Part shown: piece after piece, positions 1 through 9,266 of the stretch
Layout of the letters: the number at the start of each line of letters is the position of its first letter
How positions within the stretch are numbered: position 1 is the stretch's first letter
Assembly: GCA_002491245.1 (NCBI GenBank)
Contig: DKVO01000036.1
Span: forward strand, 40,273 to 104,272
Direction of reading: 5' to 3'
Length of the DNA: 64,000 bases
DNA from: Porphyromonadaceae bacterium UBA7176
GTDB lineage: Bacteria > Bacteroidota > Bacteroidia > Bacteroidales > Muribaculaceae
Made by a program: the position numbers and the translations under genes
Notes under the pieces: generated by a model
Database searches by the model: none
What the model saw: only the letters and a program-made list of their open reading frames with translations
Told to the model about the DNA's origin: nothing

Positions 1-1
1 C

Positions 2-208
2 AAGCAGCTACACCGCGAAGGCCGCAAATTTGTGCATGTCCCCTTTGCCGTCGCGTGCTTCGACACATCGGGCATATCCTCACGCAAGCGCTCCGAGGGC
101 CTTGCCGACAATATGCGCGTCATCGCCCAGGTCGATGGACTATCCGGCATCGGCTCGTTGCTCCATCTGTTCCCGACTTACATCATCAGCCGCCTGCGAG
201 GAAAATAA
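2..208 (+). CDS. 3' end of a probable family 2 glycosyltransferase (partial, runs in from the window edge)
   Basis: Manual translation of frame 2 gives KQLHREGRKFVHVPFAVACFDTSGISSRKR...RLRGK* with TAA at 206-208. The 'F..SGISS' tail resembles WcaE-like GT2 C-termini. Confidence 0.5.
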   Translation, partial: KQLHREGRKFVHVPFAVACFDTSGISSRKRSEGLADNMRVIAQVDGLSGIGSLLHLFPTYIISRLRGK

Positions 209-228
209 AGCCCGACAGTGTTAAAAAT

Positions 229-259
229 TTTTGCAGTCGGAAAAAATGTACTATCTTTG
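229..259 (+). promoter_or_regulatory. Bacteroidota housekeeping promoter for the cotH gene
   Basis: TTTG near 230-233 and TATCTTTG at 252-259 match the -33/-7 consensus. This supports the ATG at 289 rather than the start at 55. Confidence 0.65.
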
Positions 260-288
260 GATGCTTAATCTTATTTTTATACCATAAC

Positions 289-2208
289 ATGAGAAAAACT
301 CTACTACTCCTGGTGTCGGCTTTGGCTACCACTCTCTCGGTTTATGCCGATGATGCAAAGCTGACCGGCACTGTTATCGGATGCGCCCCCAACAACAACA
401 ATAACGCAGCCGAAAAGGCTTTCGACGGAGACCTCGGCACATTCTTCCGCGGCAACTACACCGACGAGAACTACCACCGCCTTTGGGTCGGACTCGATCT
501 GGGTAAGGAATATGTGATTACCAAGATCGGCTTCGCTCCTCGTCAGGATGGCGACTACGCCAAGCGTGCCGTCCTCTCGCTCTTCCAAGGCGCCAACAAA
601 GCAGACTTCTCCGATGCCATGCCTATCGCGATGGTGCGTGAAGAATACAGCAAAGGTGAGATGCACTATATCCCCGTCAACGTGTCGCGCGGCTTCCGTT
701 ACGTGCGCTTCATGGGTGTCAACGGTGTGAAAGGCAGCGTTGCCGAGCTTGAGTTCTACGGCCACGAAGGTGTGGGCGACGACTCGCAGTTCTTCCAGAT
801 CACCAACTTGCCTACCGTAGCCTTCAATACCCCCAACATGGCCCAGATCATGGCCAAGGACGACAAGCATCCCGGCTCGACAGTATATGTCATATCCGAC
901 GACGGCAAGACCCTCCTCTATGAGGCCAACCCCAAAACCCAGCTCAAGGGTCGTGGCAATGCCTCATGGGGAATGCCCAAAAAACCTTTCCAGATCAAAT
1001 TCGAAAATAAGCAGCAGATACTAAAAGACGCTCCGGCAAAGGCCAAGAAATGGACTCTTATTAACAACCACGGCGACAAGACCTTGATGCGCAACCACGT
1101 GGCCTTCGAGATGAGCCGCCTCGCCGGCATGGCCTACACTCCCTATCTCCGCTTCGTCGATGTGGTATACAACGGCGAATACGAAGGTTGCTACCAACTC
1201 TGCGATCAGGTGGAAGTCAACAAAAACCGCGTGAACATCGAAGAAATTGACATCAACGAGGAAACGCATGAGCCATACGACCCCAACGCCGATATCACCG
1301 GCGGCTACTTCCTCGAAGTCGATGGCTATGCCAATAAGGAGAACGAAGGCGAATGGTTCTCGGCCCTTCATGGCGGCTACCCTGTGCCTGTCACAATCAA
1401 ATCTCCCGAAGACATGCTGCCTACATCCCAACCTTACCAATGGATCAAGAAACATTTCGAGAAATTCCTTGCGTCTACCTTGTCCATCCAGGCCAAGACT
1501 GATATCAGCAAAATAGAAGACTATCTCAACATCGACAGCTTCCTCAAATACTTTATCATAGGAGAGCTCGACGGCAATCCTGATACGTTCTGGAGCACAT
1601 ACATGTTCAAACCCCGTGGTGTAGACCAATTCACCGTAGCTCCAATATGGGACGTCGACCTTGGTTTCGACAACGACAACCGCCACTATCCCATAAACAC
1701 CAAGTATTCAGGCTTCATCTATGAGCACGGTAGCCAGGCATCGGCAAAATATACAGAAGTTGTAAAACGTATCGTAAGCGAAAATCCCGACAGCAAAAAA
1801 CGCATGAAAGAGATCTGGAGCGACCTGCGCTACAACCACAACTACAACACCGAGCATTTCAATAAACTTATCGATGACGCTGCTGCCGAAATCAACGAGT
1901 CGCAGAAGCTCAACTTCACCCGTTGGCCTATCCTCAACACGCTCGTACACCAGAACCCGGAAGCTCGCGGCAGCTTTGAGGCAGAGGTACAGTTTATCAA
2001 GGACTATCTTGTGGAGCGTTTCGCAAAACTCGACCAACTCATCGGCCTTGAAGAGCCACCGGCCGGCATCGACGACATCATCGCCGGTCCGACAGGCCCG
2101 GCCCGTTACTACAACCTCTCCGGAGTTGAAGTAAACGCCGACAACCTCACTCCCGGCGTCTACATCAAGGTAGACTCTACCGGCAGCAAGAAGGTACTGG
2201 TTAAATAA
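289..2208 (+). CDS. CotH-family kinase with signal peptide, N-terminal discoidin/F5-8-like domain and short T9SS-type C-terminal tail
   Basis: Signal peptide MRKTLLLLVSALA. CotH motifs KGRGNASW, PKKPFQIKF, DKTLMRN and APIWDVDLGF. Tail YYNLSG...PGVYIK...KKVLVK. Confidence 0.85.
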   Translation: MRKTLLLLVSALATTLSVYADDAKLTGTVIGCAPNNNNNAAEKAFDGDLGTFFRGNYTDENYHRLWVGLDLGKEYVITKIGFAPRQDGDYAKRAVLSLFQGANKADFSDAMPIAMVREEYSKGEMHYIPVNVSRGFRYVRFMGVNGVKGSVAELEFYGHEGVGDDSQFFQITNLPTVAFNTPNMAQIMAKDDKHPGSTVYVISDDGKTLLYEANPKTQLKGRGNASWGMPKKPFQIKFENKQQILKDAPAKAKKWTLINNHGDKTLMRNHVAFEMSRLAGMAYTPYLRFVDVVYNGEYEGCYQLCDQVEVNKNRVNIEEIDINEETHEPYDPNADITGGYFLEVDGYANKENEGEWFSALHGGYPVPVTIKSPEDMLPTSQPYQWIKKHFEKFLASTLSIQAKTDISKIEDYLNIDSFLKYFIIGELDGNPDTFWSTYMFKPRGVDQFTVAPIWDVDLGFDNDNRHYPINTKYSGFIYEHGSQASAKYTEVVKRIVSENPDSKKRMKEIWSDLRYNHNYNTEHFNKLIDDAAAEINESQKLNFTRWPILNTLVHQNPEARGSFEAEVQFIKDYLVERFAKLDQLIGLEEPPAGIDDIIAGPTGPARYYNLSGVEVNADNLTPGVYIKVDSTGSKKVLVK

Positions 2209-2232
2209 GACTATCCCCAAATACATATGCAA
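2149..2232 (+). repeat. Direct repeat copy 1 (84 bp): last 19 codons, stop codon and 3' UTR
   Basis: actcccggcgtctacatcaagg...ttaaataagactatccccaaatacatatgcaa matches 6456-6540 with 1 substitution and 1 indel. Confidence 0.97.
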
Positions 2233-2287
2233 GCTTTCGAATATTAACAACAATGCTCTGTCGACTTAAACAAATACAATCATTTTG

Positions 2288-2318
2288 TTTGACAAATTAA
2301 AATAATTAATTATCTTTG
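2288..2318 (+). promoter_or_regulatory. Promoter for the two-gene cassette
   Basis: TTTG (2288-2291), 19-nt spacer, TATCTTTG (2311-2318). Confidence 0.75.
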
Positions 2319-2352
2319 CCGCATCAAACCCAACTAAACCAATCTTTTTGAC

Positions 2353-4212
2353 ATGCAAAAACTTTACTCTCTTTGCAGTCTGCTGCTAATCAGTCTTCTG
2401 ACATTTGCAGCCGACGCATTTACCATTACCTTCAACGTCGATAATCCCGACAATGTCAGCATCGAAGCTGCTTATACCGAGGTGCCTCTCGTCGCAGGGG
2501 ACAACCCTATCGAGTTCTCGAGCTCATGGAGTTCAGTATATATCAAGGGAAAGAACGGATGCAAGGTGACTGTCAAAGGCCCCGACGGCAACAATATCGA
2601 CATGCCGTACGGATACATGTATTCCGACGAGACTAAATATGGAGGCAAAACCATCTACATCACCTCGCAGAAACCAGAGGAATACCGCACGGCTTCGGTT
2701 AAAGTCACCATAGACAAGGCCTCGGCAGTAAAAATCGGAGTACATAAAACCGACTCGGAGCTTTCGTATTACCCCGATCTCACCGACGGCGAGAACACAA
2801 TCTATTATGAGCCCGAGGTTGACAAGATGCTCAAAATCTACTCTTCGGTATCGGCTCAGGTGCCACTTTACTCAGTCAACGTTGTCAATGGCACCACCGA
2901 ACCGGTACAGACAAACTTTGTGTACAAAATCGCCCTGCCTTGCGATGGAGATATCGAAGTCAAGGGTGTATTCCCCGACAAAGCATGCACCGTGACAATT
3001 AACGAGGCAAAAGCAGTCGAGGGCTTTGTGACCAAAATAACCAAAGATAATGCAAAAGGCGAGGAGGTAGATTTCAGCGCAGGTTCATTCGAAGTAAACG
3101 CCGGCACGGTGCTTTATATCCACGGCAATACCGACAAGTACCTCCTGACATCTTACAATGTAGACGGCACCCAGCAAGAATTTACAACACCACAGCGCCT
3201 GGTGGTTATCGACAAAGACATAAATGTGAGCTTCGACGGACGCCCGTACGAGATTTTCAATATCAGCGTGAACACCGATAATCCGGCCGCAATCATAGCC
3301 CGATATGGATCGAAGATGGAACCCGGCGATATAATCGATCTCAAAGCCGGAAACAATACTGTAGTAATCAGCGAAAACAACACTAAAGTATTCTTCGCCG
3401 TAGCCAACGCCCATGATTATAAATTCGCAACGGTGAATTACAACGGAGCAGCTGTCAAACCTGACTATACAGGGATTATACAGCTCGCCGACCTCCGGGC
3501 CGATGACAAAATCGAGGTCACAACCACTGCAATCATACGCGACCAGAAGGCTGTGATATATATCGACGACGCCAATGGCGACTTCAATCTTACCGATGCT
3601 TTCGGCGGAGAAGTAGCACTCTCCACAGGTTACAACCATATTGAATTCTGCGCGGAAGACGTGCCGTTCAAACTTAAGCCCACCTCCTTCTACAACACAT
3701 CGGCATTTGTATACAGCAACGATGAAGAAGTTTCCTCCACTGGTTTCGGCAATAGCAGGACCTGGAACATCAATATCGCAAACGGGTCGGTAGTGAAGAT
3801 ATTTGCAGTAGCGACAGACGAGCCAGAATGGTATACTCTCAATTTCGAAGAAAACGGTTTTGATGCAGTCGATGTCCTCGCTGATGAAATGCGCCCAATC
3901 ACCGACCGAGTCGGCTTCGAGACCCTCGCCGCAACCAAGATTGAAATTATGCCCAAAGCAGACAAGGATGTCAAGGCAGTGACAGTAGACGGTGAACCTC
4001 TGACAGCAAACGCCAAAGGCAACTACGAGTTCGCCGTAAGCGGCCACCACAACATCGCCGTCACTTCAGCCACCGGTATAGACAAAATAGAATCAACAGA
4101 AGCCACAGGCAGTGAAATATATAATCTGCAAGGTATCCGCGTAAGCGGCGAAGCAAGCCAATTGCCGGAAGGTATCTACATTATCAACGGTAAAAAAGTA
4201 CTTGTAAAATGA
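2353..4212 (+). CDS. Secreted beta-sandwich repeat protein of unknown function with short T9SS-type tail
   Basis: Signal peptide, recurring 'L..G.N.I' units, and tail IYNLQGIRV...PEGIYIINGKKVLVK. Confidence 0.75.
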   Translation: MQKLYSLCSLLLISLLTFAADAFTITFNVDNPDNVSIEAAYTEVPLVAGDNPIEFSSSWSSVYIKGKNGCKVTVKGPDGNNIDMPYGYMYSDETKYGGKTIYITSQKPEEYRTASVKVTIDKASAVKIGVHKTDSELSYYPDLTDGENTIYYEPEVDKMLKIYSSVSAQVPLYSVNVVNGTTEPVQTNFVYKIALPCDGDIEVKGVFPDKACTVTINEAKAVEGFVTKITKDNAKGEEVDFSAGSFEVNAGTVLYIHGNTDKYLLTSYNVDGTQQEFTTPQRLVVIDKDINVSFDGRPYEIFNISVNTDNPAAIIARYGSKMEPGDIIDLKAGNNTVVISENNTKVFFAVANAHDYKFATVNYNGAAVKPDYTGIIQLADLRADDKIEVTTTAIIRDQKAVIYIDDANGDFNLTDAFGGEVALSTGYNHIEFCAEDVPFKLKPTSFYNTSAFVYSNDEEVSSTGFGNSRTWNINIANGSVVKIFAVATDEPEWYTLNFEENGFDAVDVLADEMRPITDRVGFETLAATKIEIMPKADKDVKAVTVDGEPLTANAKGNYEFAVSGHHNIAVTSATGIDKIESTEATGSEIYNLQGIRVSGEASQLPEGIYIINGKKVLVK

Positions 4213-6515
4213 AACTGACAGCATTAGCACTCGGAATATCGCTTGCAGCCGTACCCTGCGTTTCGGCTCAAGGACTTCTCACCCCTCTTGCCCTCCGCAC
4301 AGCTACGACGGCAGCAGAAAACGAGACGACGGTACTCGTCAAAGAGACATTCGACAAAATGAGCGCCGGAACCGAATCAGCTCCTGACGAAAACAACATC
4401 GCAGATAAACGGACAGGAGCAATAGATGCCACATACACATCCATGCCCGGTTGGAGTGGAGCTGCAATATATCAAGCCGGAGGTAGCTGCGCGATACTCA
4501 AAGGCAAGTTTTCGGACGGCGCCGGAGGGTACACCGAAGAGACCGGTTTCCTGCGCACACCACAGGGTGCATACGCCGGTAATATGACACTCACTTTCAG
4601 AGCCCGTCTGCTCAACGCCAACAAAGCATCAGATAAGATGGACATAGCCTTGCTCGACACCAAGAGCAGGCTCGAAAGCAAGATAGTAGAAGTGACTCCT
4701 CAATGGAAAACATTCGAGCTGAACTTCACCAAAGGAGGGTTCACCGGATGCCTCATACAGATGTCAATGCTCTCCGAAGAGGTATTGGTCGACGATATCG
4801 AAGTAAAAACCATACAGACGTCAATACCGGCTCCTGTAGCCACAGATGCTACGAACTATACTCCGGGTGGCTTCACAGCCAACTGGACAGCATCACCGGC
4901 TGCTGAAAAATATCTTCTGACAGTGTATGAGAAAAAAGTCGATGATGCGGTGGAAATTACTGATTTTGACAATCTAAACGTGATTGCCGGCTCACACAAA
5001 CTAGACAAGACCAACCCCGGTTTCCCTGAAGGATGGACCGTGGCATACGGAACCACACGCAATGCCGACCACATCTCCGACAACGGCTACAACGGTACCA
5101 CTGGTATGATTTTCCGCGCCACGGGCGAAGGCCTGATTACTAAGACTTTCGACAGCGACATACTTGATTTTTCGTTCTGGGCTTCGCACCCCTCTGGGCA
5201 GGAATGTATCAGCAACCTGACGGTAAGCGCTTTTGTAGATGGACAATGGGGCGTTCTGGGCAACTATGCAATAGAGCGCATATCACAGCAAGGAGAAGTG
5301 ATATACCTTTCGTCAAGACTTCCGGAAGGCACCAGAGCTGTGCAACTTTACTTCAAGAAAAACGACCAGCAGGACGTAGGCAAAGACGTGAGCATCGTCG
5401 TTGACCATATCCGTATCATGACAGAACCTGCTGGAGTGGCTGTGGAAAAGGATATCGAAACGACTGAATGTTCGTATACCGTCACCGGCCTCGACATTGA
5501 AAAAGACTATTCGTACACTGTCAAAGCCGTCAATACCGAGTTTTGCTCAGCCGAATCGAACGAAATATCGGCCTATGGCCTGGCTGCTCCGGTTACGACA
5601 GGTGCTTCAGATGTAGATTCTGACCATTATACCGCCAACTGGGAGTTCTCACCCAAGGCCGAAGGATATATGGTGGATAACTACCGCGTCTACACCACAG
5701 CAAAAGATGGCGAGCAGGTCAACATCCTCTATGAAAACTTCAACAAAGTGACCGAAGGTAGCGTGGATAATCCCGTCGGCCTCTATAATGTGGTGAACCC
5801 GAGTTCTCTCGATGTATACACAACGACAATCGGCTGGCTGGGCACTGCAACGTATCTTGCCAACGGTATGCTCGGCACACGATCGTATATGGGCATCATC
5901 GGAATGATACAGACCCCGGCTCTCGACCTTAGTGGAAACGGAGGCAAATTTACCGTACGCCTCAAAATCACTGGCGACACCGATGCCACCAACGAGTCGG
6001 TAGTAGTACAAGCCGGTATGGCACACTACATAGCTATGCCAATCGAGGCCGGCAAATCGGTAGAACGTGAATATGTGTTTGACTGCGGCCAAAGTCAGAT
6101 GCCTCTGGCCATATACTCTCAGAATGGCTTCCCCTTCTATGTCGACGAGATGACGGTGACACAAACCTTACCGGAAGGGTCAAAGGTATTTTATCCGATA
6201 GAGGAGCGCAATATCACCGATGCCAATACCTTGTCAACAAAATTTGAAAATCTTAAAGCAGGGACTAACGAATCGTTCGCCTACAGGGTGTTCGCTTACC
6301 GCAACTTCATGGGTGGCCGCCGCTACTCATTATCGGGCAAGGCTGAACTTGTAGATCTCGATCCGGCCGGAATTGATGATATCGAGGCAGGAAACACTGA
6401 TACCAACGCAACATATTACAGTATCGACGGTATAAAACTCCCCGGATATCCGTCGACTCCCGGCGTCTACATCAAGGTAGACTCTACCGGCAGCAAGAAG
6501 GTGCTGGTTAAATAA
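4209..6515 (+). CDS. Secreted protein with FN3-like and jelly-roll/adhesin-like domains and T9SS-type tail
   Basis: Signal peptide, FTANW and YTVTGL..YSYTVKA FN3-like motifs, and a duplicated 'E.F.K...G....P' domain start. Its ATG overlaps the upstream stop codon. Confidence 0.75.
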   Translation: MKLTALALGISLAAVPCVSAQGLLTPLALRTATTAAENETTVLVKETFDKMSAGTESAPDENNIADKRTGAIDATYTSMPGWSGAAIYQAGGSCAILKGKFSDGAGGYTEETGFLRTPQGAYAGNMTLTFRARLLNANKASDKMDIALLDTKSRLESKIVEVTPQWKTFELNFTKGGFTGCLIQMSMLSEEVLVDDIEVKTIQTSIPAPVATDATNYTPGGFTANWTASPAAEKYLLTVYEKKVDDAVEITDFDNLNVIAGSHKLDKTNPGFPEGWTVAYGTTRNADHISDNGYNGTTGMIFRATGEGLITKTFDSDILDFSFWASHPSGQECISNLTVSAFVDGQWGVLGNYAIERISQQGEVIYLSSRLPEGTRAVQLYFKKNDQQDVGKDVSIVVDHIRIMTEPAGVAVEKDIETTECSYTVTGLDIEKDYSYTVKAVNTEFCSAESNEISAYGLAAPVTTGASDVDSDHYTANWEFSPKAEGYMVDNYRVYTTAKDGEQVNILYENFNKVTEGSVDNPVGLYNVVNPSSLDVYTTTIGWLGTATYLANGMLGTRSYMGIIGMIQTPALDLSGNGGKFTVRLKITGDTDATNESVVVQAGMAHYIAMPIEAGKSVEREYVFDCGQSQMPLAIYSQNGFPFYVDEMTVTQTLPEGSKVFYPIEERNITDANTLSTKFENLKAGTNESFAYRVFAYRNFMGGRRYSLSGKAELVDLDPAGIDDIEAGNTDTNATYYSIDGIKLPGYPSTPGVYIKVDSTGSKKVLVK

Positions 6516-6540
6516 GACTATCCCCAAATACCATATGCAA
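6456..6540 (+). repeat. Direct repeat copy 2 (85 bp)
   Basis: Near-identical to 2149-2232. Confidence 0.97.
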
Positions 6541-6568
6541 CCGGCGGAGCCTGATGACTCCGCCGGTT
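6539..6568. terminator. Intrinsic terminator between convergent genes
   Basis: AACCGGCGGAG / CTCCGCCGGTT stem followed by a T-rich tail. Confidence 0.8.
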
Positions 6569-6587
6569 ATTTTGTATCTTTTCGCTT

Positions 6588-7208
6588 TTACAACAGACCA
6601 GGTATTGAGGGTTGGGCGAGGAGACGGAACGACATACGATGCAACGGAGTCGGACCATAGATTTCTATGGCATGACGGTGAGCGGCGGTAGGATAGCCTT
6701 TGTTTTCGTCCCAACCGTACTGCGGATACGTCGTGGCGGCTTGCTCCATGTAAAGGTCGCGCTCGGTCTTGGCGAGGATAGAGGCAGCGGCGATGTTGGC
6801 ATAGCGTCCGTCGCCTTTGACATAGGTCTGATATGGAACGTCGCGATATGGTCTGAAACGGTTGCCATCGACGGCTATCGCTCCCGGCTGCGGATCAAGC
6901 TGAGCCAAGGCCTTGTGCATGGCTTCTATCGATGCCTGAAGTATGTTTATTTGGTCGATTTCTTCCGGCGACACCATCGCTATGGCCCATGCGACGGCCT
7001 GGGCTTTGATGACTTCGCGCAGCTCCATACGCCGGCGTTCGGTGAGCTGTTTTGAATCGTTTATCAAAGGATGCGAGAAATTGTCGGGCAAAATTACGGC
7101 AGCAGCGACGACAGGTCCGGCCAAACAGCCACGTCCGGCTTCATCGGTTCCGGCCTCAAGAACACCGGCAACCGAACATGGAGGTAAGGGATTATGCAAG
7201 CGAGGCAT
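6588..7208 (-). CDS. rnhB: Ribonuclease HII
   Basis: Motifs GTDEAGRGCLAGPV, DSKQL, KGD...IAAASILAK and KGYPT. Confidence 0.95.
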   Translation of the reverse strand: MPRLHNPLPPCSVAGVLEAGTDEAGRGCLAGPVVAAAVILPDNFSHPLINDSKQLTERRRMELREVIKAQAVAWAIAMVSPEEIDQINILQASIEAMHKALAQLDPQPGAIAVDGNRFRPYRDVPYQTYVKGDGRYANIAAASILAKTERDLYMEQAATTYPQYGWDENKGYPTAAHRHAIEIYGPTPLHRMSFRLLAQPSIPGLL

Positions 7209-7869
7209 GGTTAATCACATTTTCGACACGATAGAGGGCTTCGATGTCCTTTCGTGATATTTCGATATCGTCGTAGTCGGGATTGGCGCTGTGGAGGGTA
7301 ACAAGCGTGGGGTCGGGGTTGCGCCTGACATACTTCACGAGTCTGAAATCGGACAGCACCACGACGTATATGCTTCCCCACATTATCGGGGCGTCGAGGG
7401 ACACGGGACGGATTGACACATAGCAGCCGGGCTTGAGTTCGGGCATCATGGAGTTGCCCGATACACGTACTATCGGATAATCGGGATTGAGACCGGGCAG
7501 CATCATGCGTCCCACGATATGCTCATCGGTAAACATGCGCTCGAGCGAGGTCGTGCCGGCTGTGACATCGATATCGTAGACAGGAGCGCCGACAGGGTCT
7601 TTATGTGCCTGTTCTTTAGGGAAAGGCACGTCGGAGCCTTTCAGGAGCCAATCTTTCGACACTCCTGTGTTTACTATTATGCGGTAGAGCAGACCATCGC
7701 CCGGCTCTGATTTCCCGGTGAGGACTCGGGATAAATTAGCAGGGTCGATGCCGATGTATTTGCTGAACTCCGCCTGACTCTTCCTAAGCAAAAGAATGAG
7801 CCATTTAATTCTGTCGACCACCGTCGCCGAAGGTGCCGGCAAGTCAATGTCTGCAATATTCTTTGCCAT
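7192..7869 (-). CDS. XRE-HTH plus S24 peptidase (LexA/CI-like autocleaving repressor)
   Basis: HTH SQAEFSKYIGIDPANLSR, Ala-Gly cleavage site (VTAG), catalytic Ser (GNSM) and Lys (LVKYV). Confidence 0.88.
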   Translation of the reverse strand: MAKNIADIDLPAPSATVVDRIKWLILLLRKSQAEFSKYIGIDPANLSRVLTGKSEPGDGLLYRIIVNTGVSKDWLLKGSDVPFPKEQAHKDPVGAPVYDIDVTAGTTSLERMFTDEHIVGRMMLPGLNPDYPIVRVSGNSMMPELKPGCYVSIRPVSLDAPIMWGSIYVVVLSDFRLVKYVRRNPDPTLVTLHSANPDYDDIEISRKDIEALYRVENVINHASLA

Positions 7870-7896
7870 TTTTCAAGTATACTTCTTTTCCACTTG

Positions 7897-7928
7897 CAAA
7901 TATACAACAAATATTGCAATATTCCAAA
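7897..7928 (-). promoter_or_regulatory. Promoter of the S24 repressor with a palindromic operator candidate in the spacer
   Basis: Minus-strand TTTG (7928-7925), 20-nt spacer, TATATTTG (7904-7897). Perfect palindrome AATATTGCAATATT at 7910-7923. Confidence 0.7.
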
Positions 7929-7929
7929 T

Positions 7930-8027
7930 GGAATGTTTAGGGAGGTTGGAGGGTTTGGATAAATGTTTTTGAAGGAACTATTGTCCAAACTCTCACACTC
8001 CCAGACTTCCAACCCTCCAAACATTCC
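7930..8027. repeat. Imperfect inverted repeat built from about 8-bp units
   Basis: Left arm ggaatgtttagggaggttggagggtttgga. Right arm tccaaact ctcacact cccagact tccaaccc tccaaaca ttcc. Confidence 0.7.
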
Positions 8028-8030
8028 TGT

Positions 8031-9266
8031 TCAAACAGGATTGCCCCGGACGAAGACCCGAGCTATCCACGGCTCGGTGTAAGCATAAGGTATGTATTCG
8101 AGCGAGGGCAATTGGCGAGTTACGACGAAGGATGCATCGCGACCGGGCGCTATAGCCCCACAAATGCCGTCTAAGCCCATCGCGGCAGCTCCGTTGACAG
8201 TTACCGCAGCGAGAGCCTCGGAAGGCAACAGACGCATCTGTATGCAGCCGAGAGACCACACGAAACGCATGTCGCCAGATGGCGACGACCCGGGATTATA
8301 GTCGCTCGCAAGAGCAACAGTACAACCGGCGTCGACAGCCCGGCGTGCCGGGGCATAAGGCAGGCGGCTGAAGAACGATGCCCCGGGCAACATCGTGGCT
8401 ACGGTGGAGGAAGCGGCGAGGAGAGCGATTTCCTCGTCTCCAGCCTCCTCAAGATGGTCGACCGACACGGCACCTCCGGCGACACCGACCTGAACACCTC
8501 CTGAGGCAGCAAGCTCGTTGGCATGGATTTTTGGCTTCATACCGTAGCGAGAGGCGGCGTCGATGATACGGGATGTCTCGCAAGGGGTGAAAAAGCCTTC
8601 GTCGCAGAACACGTCGACATACTCGGCAATTCCCTCGGCGGCTATCGCCGGTAGCATTTCAGAAATGACCATATCGACATATTCACTCTGTCGTCCGGCA
8701 TATGCCCTTCCTACGGCATGAGCTCCGAGAAAGGTGATTTTGACTCGGGCCGGCACTTCCTCGCGCAGCCTGGATGCGACACGGAGCATCTTGAGCTCCG
8801 ATTCAGTGTCGAGTCCGTATCCGGTCTTGACCTCAAACGCACCGGTACCTTTGGCCATCATGTCGGCAGCACGACGACGGGCAGCGGAGAGCAACTCGGC
8901 TTCGGAAATACGCGCGAGGGCATCGGCAGAGTTGAGTATGCCTCCGCCACGACGGGCAATCTCGGCATAGCTCAAGCCTCGGATCTTGTCGACAAATTCG
9001 CCCTCGCGGCTACCGGCATAGATGATGTGGGTGTGCGAGTCGCAGAAAGCCGGTATTACCATTCCGCCGTCGGCGTCGGTAACTTCGCCGCAATCATCGG
9101 GAAGACCATCGGCCATAGCGCCAAAACCGGTGATTACACCACCATCGTGGCTCAGCCATGCATCGGGTATGCATTTCATACCCGATGCCATATCAGAGCC
9201 TTGCAGACGCATAACAGAAGGGTCTACAACGCCGTGAAGCTCTGAGATATTCGTTATCAGCGCCAT
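8031..9266 (-). CDS. hutI: Imidazolonepropionase
   Basis: Motifs DSHTH, EVKTGYGL, KIHANEL and ASDYNPGS. Confidence 0.95.
   Translation of the reverse strand: MALITNISELHGVVDPSVMRLQGSDMASGMKCIPDAWLSHDGGVITGFGAMADGLPDDCGEVTDADGGMVIPAFCDSHTHIIYAGSREGEFVDKIRGLSYAEIARRGGGILNSADALARISEAELLSAARRRAADMMAKGTGAFEVKTGYGLDTESELKMLRVASRLREEVPARVKITFLGAHAVGRAYAGRQSEYVDMVISEMLPAIAAEGIAEYVDVFCDEGFFTPCETSRIIDAASRYGMKPKIHANELAASGGVQVGVAGGAVSVDHLEEAGDEEIALLAASSTVATMLPGASFFSRLPYAPARRAVDAGCTVALASDYNPGSSPSGDMRFVWSLGCIQMRLLPSEALAAVTVNGAAAMGLDGICGAIAPGRDASFVVTRQLPSLEYIPYAYTEPWIARVFVRGNPV

Noticed and set aside
55-288. N-terminal extension of the cotH ORF in the track (similar over-long starts at 14471, 17535, 20898, 27719, 29532 and 33956)
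   Set aside because: They overlap upstream genes or promoters; signal peptides and -7 boxes indicate downstream ATGs.
7192-7869. S24 repressor as a prophage marker
   Set aside because: No phage, integrase or divergent cro-like genes flank it; it is embedded among housekeeping genes.
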